A DNA stretch of 64,000 nucleotides from a virus. Positions 8,291 to 16,935 of this stretch are shown one piece after another. The position numbers and the translations under genes are program-made. Below the pieces are notes generated by a model. That model saw only the letters and a list, made by a program, of their open reading frames with translations. It was not told the DNA's origin and did no database searches. How positions within the stretch are numbered: position 1 is the stretch's first letter; each line of letters opens with the position of its first letter. The DNA lies in IMG/VR virus record IMGVR_UViG_3300027754_000055, positions 32,001 through 96,000 of that record; one strand, given 5' to 3'.

Positions 8291-11257
8291 ATGGAAATTA
8301 AAAATAAAATTGAAGTAATTTATGGTAATGCTATCCAAGATGGCAACTTTATGTTTAAGGTTTCTGAGCCTTCTAGGATCATTCCAAGAGTAAATGATTC
8401 AAAATATCATTCTCTAAAAGAATGGCAAGTAGAAGCCGTCACTCAACTGAATAATGAAAAATATTTCATTATTCAAGCCCCTACAGGGGCAGGGAAAAGC
8501 TATGGGCTTTGCTCGCTAGCATATGAAAAAATTAAAAATGATAGGCAATTAAAAGTTGTATTTGCAGTGCCGCAAACAATTATTGCCAGCGGATTCGTTG
8601 ATAAAACTTTTGTGAGTGCCTTTGGAGATAAAGTAGATTTTAACCCGCACGCAAATCTTTGCAGTGACTATACAAACGAAGGCACTGTCAGAGATTTTCT
8701 TGGGTTTCTCGGCAATACTGCCCCGGTTTCTGTAGGGATGGAAAGCCAAAACGTTGTCATTTGTACGCATGCAACTCTCGTTGCAGCATTCAAGGCAAAT
8801 AGAAGTTTATTCAACAATGTTCTCGTTGTCGTGGATGAAGCGCACCATGTTAGAAACGAAATTGTATACACAGATTTAGAAGACGATGGAGAACTTGAAT
8901 CGGAAAATGAGTGCGATGAAGAGGATGAAAATCAAGAGCTAATTTGGAATGGCCTTGGAGAAATTGTAAGTTACGCACTAGAAGATAATAATCAAGATAA
9001 AAATTTCCAGATTGGATTAACGACGGCAACATTTTTTCGTAGTGATTCCGCATCAGTTGTTCCGGCTGGGACCAAGAATGATAAATTTTCTACATTCTTT
9101 CTACCATTCGATAAATTTTTTAATTCACTGACGCATCTGCGTTCACTTTCATTTAATTCCGTATTCTATTCAAAAGATTACTGGCGGCAAATTGACGAAT
9201 GCATCAAGACACAGGGCGAGTTTAAAAAATCAATATTCTTTATTCCATCAGTAATGTCACATTCTTCGTCTGGTAAGAAAAATGATGTCTTAAATATCAT
9301 TAAAGGCATTTCCGGTAAGCAATTTATTGTTGAGGATATCGATTATCAATTCCTAAATGAATCATTGAAAAAAACGACATATGATAATCATATTTATATT
9401 AGCATTACTAGAAACGGAGAAACACTGCGCTTTGTAGATTTTGTCTCAGAGCCAAATCGCAAGGAAAAAAAGAAAATTATCAATGACTCTCACGATGCCG
9501 ACTTAGAAGAAAATATCCATGGTATTATTGCCCTTGGAGTTTTCAAAGAAGGGGCTTCGTGGAAATGGGCAGAGAACTGCTATATCATTGGAGAGCGTAG
9601 ATCGCTAGTAGAGCTTGTGCAAATTAACGGTAGACTCTATCGTGATGTGGCCGGTAAAGAATCAGTGTCTACATTTTATTTTGTAGATCGATATTTTGAT
9701 CCAACAAGCACTGAAGATGAATTCTTGGAACGTTCAAACACAACGTTTAAAACTGTCTTTGTTTCAATGATGATCGAAGAGATTCTTATGCCGCCTTGTA
9801 AAATCACAAGGCGAATTAATGTAGTAAATAAAATCACTGGTGCGCTAGAGGAAGTTGTCAAAGAGTATCATCCAATCCTTGAACTCGCTGGTAGCCCTGA
9901 TAAGGCCATTACACTTAAGAAAAACATTATTGATACTTTTAATGAATTATCCATAAAGGAGTTAACTTCAGCTGAAATTAATAAAGGTGGAGATGTTGTA
10001 CTTGGTAAAATTCAAAATCTTGTAAAAAAAGCTATTATAATCAATCTTGAAAAAAACAAAACATACGCCGAAGAATCTATTGAGGATGCCGTTAAAGAAA
10101 TCTATGATTTTACGGCAAAAAGAAATAACGCTACTAAAAACACAAAGCCGAAAGAGGCATTAAAAGAGCCAATGTTTGATGTGAATGATATCAATTTTGA
10201 TATTATGGACAAAACACCACTTGGGCTCTGGTTCGCTTGTTCTTCGGGTAATGTGGGAGTTAAAGATTTCGAGAAACTACGTACCGCTTTTTGTTCTGGA
10301 ATTGATGCTCAAATAAATTCAGTAAAAGAAATTATAGATTTTAAGCAGAAAAATGGAAATTTGCCTTCTCAGGGATCTAAAGACCAAACAGAAAAGAAAA
10401 TGGGGAACAAGCTTTCCGATTTAAAAAAAGCTAAGCAAGGAAAGGGTAGAAGTAAGTTTTATGCAGAAACACATGATTATGCAAAAGGTCGTGGTTGTCC
10501 CGATATGTTTGAGGTTGAAACGGAAGAAACAAGAAAAGCAGACCAAATAGAATCAGTAAAAGAAATTATAGATTTTAAGGAAAAAAATGGAAAGTGGCCT
10601 TCTCACGCTTCTAAAGACCAAACAGAAAAGAAAATGGGGAACAAGCTTTCCGATTTAAAAACAGCCAAACAAGGAAGGGGTAACAGTAAGTTTTATGTAG
10701 AGACACAGGAGTATATAAAAGATCGTGGTTATCCTGATATGTTTGAGGTTGAAACAGAAGAAACAAGAAAAGCAGACCAAATAGAATCAGTAAAAGAAAT
10801 TATAGATTTTAAGGAAAAAAATGGAAAATATCCTTCGGAAAAATCTAAAGATCCAACAGAAAAGAAAATGGGGAAAAAGCTTTCCGATTTAAAATCAGCC
10901 AAGCAAGGAAGGGATAGGCGTGGGTGCAAGTTTTACCCAGAGACACAGGATTATGCAAAAGGTCGTGGTTATCCTGATATGTTTGAGATTGAAACGGAAG
11001 AAACAAGAAAAGCAGACCAAATAGAATCAGTAAAAGAAATTATAGATTTTAAGGAAAAAAATGGAAATTTGCCTTCTCAGGGATCTAAAGACCAAACAGA
11101 AAAGAAAATGGGGAAAAAGCTTTCCGATTTAAAAAAAGCTAAGCAAGGAAAGGGTAGAAGTAAGTTTTATGCAGAAACACATGATTATGCAAAAGGTCGT
11201 GGTTATCCTGATATGTTTGAGGTTAGGAAGCAAAAAACAACTGGGTCTATAAAATGA
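8291..11257 (+). CDS. SF2 DEAH helicase with four C-terminal helicase-associated-like repeats
   Basis: APTGAGKS, DEAHH, TAT, QINGRLYR; promoter position favours ATG 8291. Confidence 0.88.
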   Translation: MEIKNKIEVIYGNAIQDGNFMFKVSEPSRIIPRVNDSKYHSLKEWQVEAVTQLNNEKYFIIQAPTGAGKSYGLCSLAYEKIKNDRQLKVVFAVPQTIIASGFVDKTFVSAFGDKVDFNPHANLCSDYTNEGTVRDFLGFLGNTAPVSVGMESQNVVICTHATLVAAFKANRSLFNNVLVVVDEAHHVRNEIVYTDLEDDGELESENECDEEDENQELIWNGLGEIVSYALEDNNQDKNFQIGLTTATFFRSDSASVVPAGTKNDKFSTFFLPFDKFFNSLTHLRSLSFNSVFYSKDYWRQIDECIKTQGEFKKSIFFIPSVMSHSSSGKKNDVLNIIKGISGKQFIVEDIDYQFLNESLKKTTYDNHIYISITRNGETLRFVDFVSEPNRKEKKKIINDSHDADLEENIHGIIALGVFKEGASWKWAENCYIIGERRSLVELVQINGRLYRDVAGKESVSTFYFVDRYFDPTSTEDEFLERSNTTFKTVFVSMMIEEILMPPCKITRRINVVNKITGALEEVVKEYHPILELAGSPDKAITLKKNIIDTFNELSIKELTSAEINKGGDVVLGKIQNLVKKAIIINLEKNKTYAEESIEDAVKEIYDFTAKRNNATKNTKPKEALKEPMFDVNDINFDIMDKTPLGLWFACSSGNVGVKDFEKLRTAFCSGIDAQINSVKEIIDFKQKNGNLPSQGSKDQTEKKMGNKLSDLKKAKQGKGRSKFYAETHDYAKGRGCPDMFEVETEETRKADQIESVKEIIDFKEKNGKWPSHASKDQTEKKMGNKLSDLKTAKQGRGNSKFYVETQEYIKDRGYPDMFEVETEETRKADQIESVKEIIDFKEKNGKYPSEKSKDPTEKKMGKKLSDLKSAKQGRDRRGCKFYPETQDYAKGRGYPDMFEIETEETRKADQIESVKEIIDFKEKNGNLPSQGSKDQTEKKMGKKLSDLKKAKQGKGRSKFYAETHDYAKGRGYPDMFEVRKQKTTGSIK
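10312..11225 (+). repeat. Four tandem coding repeats (spacing 234, 234, 240 bp)
   Basis: TCAGTAAAAGAAATTATAGATTTT at 10319, 10553, 10787, 11027. Confidence 0.95.
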
Positions 11258-11925
11258 TAACTAAGCACATGTATAGTGGATGCAATAAAAAAATTACAGC
11301 AAGAGAGATGACGGTCATTGGTCAGTATAGAGAAATATTCAAACAACAATCCTTGCCAATGCAAAAGCAATTTATTTCTCTTTGTGGGCTATGCTGTGAT
11401 GTAGACAAAGGAAATATTTTACTAAAGGACTCAGAATTAGACCATGTTCTTAAATCTCGTTTATTAGAATCACCATCGCAATATCATGGAATCGATGCCA
11501 ATCAAGACACGATAAGTGCGAATAAATTAATTAGCGATTTTGTCGGCTCAGCAAAGCAGCCAAATTGGCATTGTAGATATTTCAAACTTGCAATTGATAG
11601 AATCGCAAGAGAAGAGTGGTTCAATCCAGGGATTATCAATTATGATTGCACGGTAATGCCAGAAAAAGCAATGGGCGATCTCAAACAAATCATTAATCTA
11701 ACCAAAAATAAAAATGACATCCTTGTTGTTTGTAATTTCGTCACAAGAGCAAGACATAAAACTTGCTCGCCAGAAGAATTATTTGAAACCATTAAAACAT
11801 CTGGCCTTTTGGATTTATTAAATAGAGATCAATGGGTTTTGCACGAAGTTATTTATCAATATAATGGAACAGGAAAATCATCGAATACAACAATGTCCAC
11901 GATAGTATTCTATAAAAAACAATAA
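11254..11925 (+). CDS. Putative SAM-dependent methyltransferase-like protein
   Basis: YHGIDAN and IINYD strands resemble a Rossmann MTase; overlaps helicase stop. Confidence 0.4.
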   Translation: MITKHMYSGCNKKITAREMTVIGQYREIFKQQSLPMQKQFISLCGLCCDVDKGNILLKDSELDHVLKSRLLESPSQYHGIDANQDTISANKLISDFVGSAKQPNWHCRYFKLAIDRIAREEWFNPGIINYDCTVMPEKAMGDLKQIINLTKNKNDILVVCNFVTRARHKTCSPEELFETIKTSGLLDLLNRDQWVLHEVIYQYNGTGKSSNTTMSTIVFYKKQ

Positions 11926-11965
11926 TTAATACGCTAAATTTCTGATGATTTTATTTTTAATATAC

Positions 11966-11994
11966 TTGACTGGCCGCAATAAAAATGATATCAT
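11966..11994 (+). promoter_or_regulatory. Sigma70-like promoter, leaderless transcript
   Basis: TTGACT-17-TATCAT, 6 nt to ATG 12001. Confidence 0.8.
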
Positions 11995-12000
11995 ATCAGA

Positions 12001-12291
12001 ATGATATCAACTGAACTTAAAATTGGCAAATTATACGTGCTACCATTCAAATATTCAATATTCGATATCCAAAATGAACAGCGATACACTGGACATACCA
12101 CACGATATAAAACATATCTCACTGAAGGTACGCCAGTACTTATTCTGAATTTACAAAATATAGCCAGCTATATTAATATATCATTAACAAAATACTTAAT
12201 ATACCGCATTCTGTGCCCAGATGGCAATATAGTCTATATCGAAGTAACAGACAATGCAATCAAGGGTTTCTGGAAAGAAGTTAAAATATAA
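12001..12291 (+). CDS. IGKLY/GxIGW paralog
   Basis: LKIGKLY...RILCPDGNIVYI. Confidence 0.8.
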   Translation: MISTELKIGKLYVLPFKYSIFDIQNEQRYTGHTTRYKTYLTEGTPVLILNLQNIASYINISLTKYLIYRILCPDGNIVYIEVTDNAIKGFWKEVKI

Positions 12292-12575
12292 TGGTTTTAC
12301 TTAAACCAGGGAAATTATATGTTAATAATTTCCTGAAGTACAACACAGATCCTGCATTTAGGAAACTTGGCTTTAATGTTTTTGTCGATGAAAATAATTC
12401 TAAATCTTTTGGCATTAGATCAGATGAGATAATTATGATAATTGAAATGGTTAGGCAAGAGATCAATAGAAAAATAAAATTTACAAAATATAAAATCTTA
12501 ACAAAAGATAAGGTTGGTTTTATCAATATCTATGAAGGATTAGAAAAAGATTGGCAGGAAGTATCCCTTGGCTAA
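12291..12575 (+). CDS. IGKLY/GxIGW paralog
   Basis: LKPGKLY...KILTKDKVGFI. Confidence 0.8.
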   Translation: MVLLKPGKLYVNNFLKYNTDPAFRKLGFNVFVDENNSKSFGIRSDEIIMIIEMVRQEINRKIKFTKYKILTKDKVGFINIYEGLEKDWQEVSLG

Positions 12576-12867
12576 TTTGTTAAAACCGGGTAAATTTTAT
12601 AAAAATATTGCCAAAATACGTGGGGGTTTTCTTGTCCATAAAAAACACCCAGATTTAAATAAAAAATTTACTTTAGATCAATTGGATCAATATACCACTA
12701 TATTCGATGGTGATCTTGTTTTAATTGTTGAAAATTTAGGAGAGAAAATTTGTACCCCAAGCAAAAACAAATATATCACCTATAAAATATTAACAAAAGA
12801 TTGTGTTGGCTATATTTTTGTATATAATAACGCTTCAAGAAATTGGGTTGAAGTAACGTCATGTTGA
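12568..12867 (+). CDS. IGKLY/GxIGW paralog
   Basis: LKPGKFY...KILTKDCVGYI. Confidence 0.8.
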   Translation: MANLLKPGKFYKNIAKIRGGFLVHKKHPDLNKKFTLDQLDQYTTIFDGDLVLIVENLGEKICTPSKNKYITYKILTKDCVGYIFVYNNASRNWVEVTSC

Positions 12868-13175
12868 ATCTTAAACCAGGAAAATTATATAAGATATTAT
12901 CTGATCAGAACATAGCAATTTTTAGATATTCAGATGGAAATGTAATAGATATTCTTAAACCAGATAGTAATACTATGTTTTTATATCTGGGAAAATTACC
13001 GTCAGATGTTTTTGATGAAAGAAATAATTTTACAATCAAAAATAATGTTGATTTTATTCGTCATAAATTATTATTGCCTGATGGAACATTGTCATATATC
13101 AATATAGGACGCATAGAAAATCAAAAAGAAATTTACTATGATCCTAATATTAAATGGATGGAAATATTTCCATAA
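12861..13175 (+). CDS. IGKLY/GxIGW paralog
   Basis: LKPGKLY...KLLLPDGTLSYI. Confidence 0.8.
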   Translation: MLNLKPGKLYKILSDQNIAIFRYSDGNVIDILKPDSNTMFLYLGKLPSDVFDERNNFTIKNNVDFIRHKLLLPDGTLSYINIGRIENQKEIYYDPNIKWMEIFP

Positions 13176-13183
13176 TTTCAGTA

Positions 13184-13657
13184 TTAATCAATAACCGGAA
13201 AAACTTTGCTTGAATCCCAAATAACCACTTCTCTTAACACGCCATTAAAATATTGAAAAATAGCATCATAGCCTTGCTTCGCAGCAGCACTACTTATTTC
13301 TTTACCAACATATCCTTTTAGTTCTTCTATTTTTTCTACTTTGTTTTGCGCTTTTTCTTCTGGCATTCCTAATTGCACTAATGCCATAACACACGGATGC
13401 TCGTATCTATTTTTACCCATATGGATTTCTAAAGGGTTTTTAATATCCAAGTAAGCTTCTGTAATTTTACCGCCAGATTGGGTAGCGTATTGCTCTGCAA
13501 CTTCTCTGATTGGAGTAAAGTAAGCACCAGATCCTAAAGCTCCCCTTCCAGTTGTTTTAATTGGCGTTTTACCATCCCAGTTTCCACCGTGATATACAGG
13601 ACCAAATTTACTGGTTTTGTCATTGATATTTTCAAAAAGAATAGATAATAATTTCAT
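13184..13657 (-). CDS. ADP-ribosyltransferase-like (ART-PolyVal-type) protein with ILFE leader
   Basis: VYHG...GSGAYFT...AEQYA...YLDIKNPL...GYDAI...EVVIW; TAGTTA upstream. Confidence 0.7.
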   Translation of the reverse strand: MKLLSILFENINDKTSKFGPVYHGGNWDGKTPIKTTGRGALGSGAYFTPIREVAEQYATQSGGKITEAYLDIKNPLEIHMGKNRYEHPCVMALVQLGMPEEKAQNKVEKIEELKGYVGKEISSAAAKQGYDAIFQYFNGVLREVVIWDSSKVFPVID

Positions 13658-13749
13658 GATAGCTATAACTAGGTTATTTTTATGATTTACAAATTTTCAA
13701 CATTGTGATATAGTGTTCTATATCTTCTGATGTCAGTAAAAAGGAAATT

Positions 13750-13959
13750 ATGTTCAAAGTAGTAGAAACAAATAATGGAAAAATTAAAATTCTTCTAGAA
13801 AAAGAAGGGAGCTATTCTGAGATTGCAGAACTGCAAAACAGTGAGCATGGGCTATCTGCCGCAGAAGCTTTAATTTTTGATTTACGGAGATGGATTAATA
13901 AAAACGACATAGAGATAGATAAGGGAATGATTTATCATTCCTTGGAACAAGGATGGTAA
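13750..13959 (+). CDS. Hypothetical protein
   Basis: AAGGA RBS; TTTACA-17-TATAGT. Confidence 0.7.
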   Translation: MFKVVETNNGKIKILLEKEGSYSEIAELQNSEHGLSAAEALIFDLRRWINKNDIEIDKGMIYHSLEQGW

Positions 13960-13961
13960 AA

Positions 13962-14507
13962 TCAAACCATTTTTGAAACTGGTGTTTTGCTCCAAAAACG
14001 GCAAGACCAATATTTTGGCGTTGTGCGATCTTTAGCTTGGCTACATTTATGTCTTGCACGGAATGATTTACGACGTTTTGGATCTTGACGCTTGATACGC
14101 ATGTTTGGATCACCAAAATTTACTTTTTTGATGTTTCCTGTTTTGGGATCTTTAACAAACACTTTGTATTTTTTTACATCGCCCTTGGAAGGTTTTCCAA
14201 CGGACACTTCTTTACCTTTATATTTTGCTTCTTGTAAAATACTAACATGCTCATTCATGTAAGCTACAAGACATCCCTCACAAACAGCTTCCCCTGTTTC
14301 ATCAAGGCTGGCTCCAAGCTCTAGAATTTCTGTTTCTTCATTTTCAGGCTCATCTGATCCAAATATTAAATTTTTACCATGAAATTTTTTCTTTGGTTCA
14401 CCGTGAATACTTTTTTCATGCTCATGATCATGTTTTTCACTTGAATATTCTAATTCATGAATGGATTCAAGAATTGCTAGAATCAAATTTTCTTTTGAGT
14501 TTTTCAT
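13962..14507 (-). CDS. Conserved phage protein, acidic leader plus basic C-domain
   Basis: ILQE then AKYKG...KKVNFGDP...RRKSFRARHKC...YWSC; TACTTA upstream. Confidence 0.8.
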   Translation of the reverse strand: MKNSKENLILAILESIHELEYSSEKHDHEHEKSIHGEPKKKFHGKNLIFGSDEPENEETEILELGASLDETGEAVCEGCLVAYMNEHVSILQEAKYKGKEVSVGKPSKGDVKKYKVFVKDPKTGNIKKVNFGDPNMRIKRQDPKRRKSFRARHKCSQAKDRTTPKYWSCRFWSKTPVSKMV

Positions 14508-14606
14508 ATTTTACCTACTGTTGATTATCAATAAGTACTGAATCGTGTTTTATTTTCATGAGCCAAATTTACGTTTCAATTCATGAATAGCTGATAACCG
14601 ATTAGA

Positions 14607-14957
14607 TTATTTTGAAGATTTTTTTGTTTGTTTTACCGCAACAGAAGGTGCTTCAACTGAGTCAACAACAGGATCAGCCACAGGAGCTTCTAGAACGGGC
14701 TGTGCGGGCTCTGAAATTGTTTCCACAGGGACAATTACATCTGGTGTTTTTGTATCCTCTACAGCAGCCACAGAAGTGCTTTGGGCTAATACCTGTGGAG
14801 CAGCAAGTTTAAGTTCTAATTCAGATACTCTATCAGTTAATGCCTTTATTACTGATAAAAGGTCAACACCTTGTACAGTCATTGGCACCGTGACATCAAG
14901 CGACGGACTACCGTATGGGTAAGTTGCACAGCCATTATGATCTATTAATGTTTTCAT
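14607..14957 (-). CDS. Hypothetical protein, P/V/A-rich tail
   Basis: AAGGA RBS; operon with LamG gene. Confidence 0.7.
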   Translation of the reverse strand: MKTLIDHNGCATYPYGSPSLDVTVPMTVQGVDLLSVIKALTDRVSELELKLAAPQVLAQSTSVAAVEDTKTPDVIVPVETISEPAQPVLEAPVADPVVDSVEAPSVAVKQTKKSSK

Positions 14958-15004
14958 TTTATATTTTCCTTTTCTTTATTTAGCAATTTGTATGATATTA
15001 TATA

Positions 15005-16096
15005 TTATGTTGAAGAAATTGTAAATCTTTTTATACCTAGCCCACACTCATAATCTTCTAAAATTTGTCCTGCCGTTAATACTTGATTACAAACTTGAAC
15101 ATCTCTGATAAAACCATTAAATCCTTGAGGAAGGGCTACACCTGTACCTGGAATATTTGCGCCAATGCCCCATGAATTATGGTCCTGATAATTAATGGGA
15201 AAAGCGGCAGCTGCCGAACTAACCAATCTACCGTCGAGATATAATTTTAACCCAGTAGATACACTATGTGTACACGCAACCCTAAACCATTTTCCCACTG
15301 GCACTGCTAGATAGGCAGGCGTTTCAGTGTTTTTAATACTTAAACTGGTATCAAAAATATAGGCACTAAGTGTATTAGATGTCGTTACACGTATAGCAAT
15401 TGCCGCATTGTTAGGTGATGACCCACCCCAAGTGCTTGCTTGTCTTTTTAAGACGATATATGAGTCATAACTTGAACTGCCATAACGACACGCCCAAACT
15501 AAAATAGTAATATCGGCAGGTTCTAGGGTAGATGCACCAATGATAGTAGAGTTTACTGATGTGCTATCATTAAAAACCATACATGTTTTCCATGGAGAAG
15601 ACTGATTTTGAGTGGTTAATGAACCAGCGAAAGATAAATTATATGTACCTAAAGAATCAATGATGGTTGAAGAGTTAGAATCTTCCAGTTTCCATCGTGC
15701 GACACAGTAAGGTGCCAATGGTGCATGATCATATCCAACTAGCTCCCAAGTTCCACTTATAAAACACTGATAGTAATCGCCAATCTTTTCACCCGATGTA
15801 ACAACATATGTATCGCCCACCGAAGGAGAAATGGGTAGGCTGGCAAGCGTTCCACTGCCATGCAATCCTCCTCCCCCTCCCGATGGGCCACTGGCTGTTG
15901 CAATCGGTCGAGTTTCCAACACAGCAACTCTTTGCGAGAGGTTTTCTGAAGTGGAATCTAGACTATCAAGTTTATTTTTTACGTTTGTTGATTGAACAAT
16001 CAACGGAGCATTAATGATGAAATCCTTTATTTTCGGAGGTTCACCGCTAGGATTTATAATTACATCGACTGGCTGTGGGATTGGATTTATTGGCAT
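15005..16096 (-). CDS. LamG/concanavalin A-like domain virion protein
   Basis: Coiled coil, Gly linker, VARWKL...WFRVACT...LKLYLDG...FNGFIRDVQV. Confidence 0.75.
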   Translation of the reverse strand: MPINPIPQPVDVIINPSGEPPKIKDFIINAPLIVQSTNVKNKLDSLDSTSENLSQRVAVLETRPIATASGPSGGGGGLHGSGTLASLPISPSVGDTYVVTSGEKIGDYYQCFISGTWELVGYDHAPLAPYCVARWKLEDSNSSTIIDSLGTYNLSFAGSLTTQNQSSPWKTCMVFNDSTSVNSTIIGASTLEPADITILVWACRYGSSSYDSYIVLKRQASTWGGSSPNNAAIAIRVTTSNTLSAYIFDTSLSIKNTETPAYLAVPVGKWFRVACTHSVSTGLKLYLDGRLVSSAAAAFPINYQDHNSWGIGANIPGTGVALPQGFNGFIRDVQVCNQVLTAGQILEDYECGLGIKRFTISST

Positions 16097-16132
16097 GCTA
16101 CTATTTTAGTAGCAATATATTGAAAAGTACAA

Positions 16133-16483
16133 TCAGAGTTGAATGCCTTTTAGTGCTAGCTGCTGACGAATCAGTTCCATCTTTTCTGCTTGATTGAGGT
16201 TTTCATACTTTGCACGCAAACCTGGGACGTTATCAATCTGACGCATTAGATTGCTGATAGCATTTGCGACAACATCGCTATGTGATTGCATTGGTGCTGG
16301 TGCTGCCGATTGCTGTTGGCGTTCTGACATATATCCAAGAATCTTTTCAGCAAGTGTAAGACCAATGGCAACCTTTGCTGTCGTTGTCATTTGGTAGCTT
16401 TCCTTAACAAGACCGAAAATTGAAGGCATTGGTGTAATTCTTAGCATATTGTTTGATAACCTTTCTGATACTAAGTATGCCAC
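16133..16483 (-). CDS. Hypothetical protein
   Basis: ORF; start uncertain. Confidence 0.55.
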   Translation of the reverse strand: MAYLVSERLSNNMLRITPMPSIFGLVKESYQMTTTAKVAIGLTLAEKILGYMSERQQQSAAPAPMQSHSDVVANAISNLMRQIDNVPGLRAKYENLNQAEKMELIRQQLALKGIQL

Positions 16484-16529
16484 AGGATCTGGTTCAAGTC
16501 AACGAAGAAAAAAATGAGCTTTTACTTTT

Positions 16530-16853
16530 TCAAAGGGGCCAAGGGAATTTAAATGAATCTTGAAACCTTCTTGCATCAATGTTTTTCATGTCCATTGCAC
16601 GAATCACCGAATCAACAGTAGAAGCTGGATTTTTGATTTCATCTTGGAATTTTTTTGTGCTTTGAACAACTTTCATCAATATATCAATTTTATCTTTATC
16701 GCCGCTAACATCAAAAGGAGACTTTCTTCCTGTGGCCATGCTGCTTAATAAACTGGCAAAAAATAATTTTCCAAGAGTTGTCATTTTATAACTTTTACCG
16801 AAAAGGGAATTCAAATCTGGTGTCGCTGGCATATCTAATTGTTCATTGATCAT
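16530..16853 (-). CDS. Conserved hypothetical phage protein
   Basis: Ends F..PWPL; TAATTA upstream; divergent from tape measure. Confidence 0.7.
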   Translation of the reverse strand: MINEQLDMPATPDLNSLFGKSYKMTTLGKLFFASLLSSMATGRKSPFDVSGDKDKIDILMKVVQSTKKFQDEIKNPASTVDSVIRAMDMKNIDARRFQDSFKFPWPL

Positions 16854-16935
16854 TTTTTAATGGCCTCATTTCAATAATTATTCTCATAAAATGATATCGT
16901 TGATAATTAAGTATAAGAATTAGGAGTATCAGATA

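Noticed and set aside
10312-11225. Repeat array as CRISPR or DGR template/variable repeats
   Set aside because: Units are in-frame 234-240-bp coding repeats without unique spacers; no cas or reverse transcriptase gene in the window
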